Below, one piece after another: positions 61,746-64,000 of a DNA stretch of 64,000 nucleotides; the stretch's first letter is position 1; each line of letters starts with the position of its first letter. Source of the DNA: Octopus bimaculoides (Eukaryota). The stretch spans positions 6,505,731-6,569,730 of the forward strand of contig NC_068994.1 in assembly GCF_001194135.2 (NCBI RefSeq). Direction: 5' to 3'. The position numbers and the translations under genes were made by a program. A model generated the notes under the pieces. The model worked only from the letters and a program-made list of their open reading frames with translations. It did not search any database and was not told the DNA's origin.

Positions 61746-63148
61746 ACATACAATAATTATAATTGAACTTTTGTAAGGTATCTTGGTACTTATACAAAAT
61801 GATGAAATGAATTCTAGTTTACAAAAGTAAAATATTTATTATCTTAAAATTAAGTAAAACAAATTTCTCATTTGTATAACTCCTCCTATAATTATTGTCA
61901 TTTACTCCCTCTCTTCTGTGATTCTTTCTCTCCTACTCTGTGAGTATAGCGTTCCTTTACTCATTGCCTGCCACTAAGCCTAGTATATGCATGCATCCTG
62001 CACCTCATATTATCTTTCTGTACCTCTCTTTCTCTCTCTCTACAATGTTAAGTATGCTTAGAGAAATCAACCAACAAACATTTATCTTTGCTACTATCCT
62101 GTAGACATTATTAGGTATGCAGCTAACGAGCTCATAGGGTGGCGTATAAAATACTTCAGTGTTTTTAATGCAATTTCTGAGTTTGAATCCCATCATTCCA
62201 TTGTTGATAAAACAAGGCATCATTCAATTACTAAGGTCAATATAATCAATTGTTGCTGCTCTCCCTAAAATTTCAGGCCTTGTGCTTATGTTGGAAGCAA
62301 TTCTGAAGAGTGATGAAATGGCAAATTCATTCGAGCATTGGACAAAATGCCTTCTAGCATTTTTTTTTTTTTTTTGGCTCTTTTCGTTCATCATTTACTT
62401 TTTCATACCTGCATGGGTCAGACAGAGTTTATTGAGGCAGATTTCTACAGCTGGATGCCCTTCCTGTTGCCAACCCTCACCTGTTTCCAAGCAAGGTAAT
62501 ATTCTCCCATGGCCAGACATGTTTCTGCAGAATATTGAAAATGAATGATATTCATTTACAACAATCTATGCAATGTCAAGACAAGGAGACACACACACAC
62601 ATGACAGGCTTCTTTCAGTTTCCATCTACAAGATCCACTCACAAGGCTTTAGTTAACTCAGGGCTATAGTGGAACACTCGCCCTAGGTATCATGCAGTGA
62701 AATTGAACCCAAGACCATCTGGTTAAGAAGGAAATTTCTTAACCATATAGCTACCTCTGCATGTATGGTTAATTTTGCCTTTTATCCTTTCAGGGTTAAC
62801 AGAATATGTATGAGTCGAGCACTGTGGTTGATTTGATCAACTTAACCCCTTGCCTATAATCATTGACCTGGTGCCAAAATTTGAAACCACCACCACCACC
62901 ACCATCATCTTCATCATCATCATCAAGGCGGTGAGCTGGCAGAATTGTTACCTTGCTGGACGAAGTGCTAAGTGGTATTTCGCCCATTGCTACATTCTGA
63001 GTTCAAATTCCGCCAAGGTTGTCGACCTTACCTTCCATCCTTTCGAGGTTGATAAAATAAGTACCAGTTGAACACTGGGGGTCGATGTAATCGACTCATC
63101 CCCACTTCTCACCCCCAAGCTGCTCTTGTGGAAAAAAAAAAAATTTGA

Positions 63149-63212
<64 letters not shown>

Positions 63213-63705
63213 GTTTAACGTCCACTTTCCATGCTAGCATGGGTTGGACGGTTTGACTAAGGACTGGTGAAACCAGATGGCTACACCAGGCTCCAATCTG
63301 ATTTGGCAGAGTTTCTACAGCCGGATGCCCTTCCTAGCGCCAACCACTCAGAGTGTAGTAGTAATAATAATAATTATTATTATTATGAATATTTCATTCA
63401 TTTCACATTAAAATAGAGTTGTTGTTGTCGTTATCTAGTTTCCCCATCAACTCTAATTAAGCAGACTCAAGACCAAGGCCATTCAACCATTAACCATCCT
63501 GTATTTTTTTTCATTTGGACATTTGTATATAACAGGCTTTATAGATTTTTTTTTTTTTGTTCATAAAGCAGTAGTGTGGTTTGAGGCTTGGCTGCTATGT
63601 CTAGCAGGTTAAGTGAGCACAAAGTGCCTCAATAAAAGAGAATAAGTGTTTTCAATGTAGGTCAAGTGAAGTGTAAGGAATTTGTTGTTTGTGTGTATTT
63701 GTATG

Positions 63706-63746
<41 letters not shown>

Positions 63747-64000
63747 CAAGGATCCAGATGAGTAATGCAGTGCTTCTACAGTTAATGATAGTGAAGTGGT
63801 GGTGTTGGTGGTAGCAGTGGCATGTGTGTGTGTGTGTGTGATTATTATTGGAGGGTAGCAGTGGCTTCATGTTAAGACATGCATAAATACTGTTTCAATG
63901 TCGAGTGTATGTGCGTGTATCTATCTATCTATCTATCTATCCATCTTATCTGTCAGGCCGGCTTGTCTGTCTGTCTCTATCTGTTCTGTGTGTATTTTTC

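Overview
AT-rich, gap-containing eukaryotic scaffold. The repeat families, microsatellites and C2H2 gene suggest an octopod cephalopod (inference). Four protein-coding genes can be reconstructed by hand with GT-AG boundaries and consistent phases. (1) The 3' six exons of an ARH3/ADPRS ADP-ribosylhydrolase (+, 1801-8489; the N-terminal exon lies upstream of the window). (2) A CTIF/MIF4GD-family MIF4G protein with an N-terminal RG repeat (+, 11784-21427; one exon is cut by a gap). (3) A complete 8-exon Abraxas/FAM175-family gene (-, 36236-26696; 615 aa, long low-complexity tail, no C-terminal SPxF). (4) A single-exon C2H2 zinc-finger CDS (+, 44392-45339; 8 intact fingers). No gene was recognised in 45.5-64 kb. 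Introns and intergenic DNA carry several SINE families, RTE-type LINE fragments, a mariner transposase relic, a TIR/TSD-bounded MITE and a tRNA-Asp pseudogene. The most unusual items: a ~290-bp tRNA-headed element with a hammerhead-ribozyme core between 30-bp inverted repeats (20931-21217); a second tRNA-core element family found twice with an inverted-plus-direct duplication architecture; a twin-primed RTE LINE; and repeated short-spacer inverted duplications inside introns. Repeat boundaries are approximate and were all called by eye.
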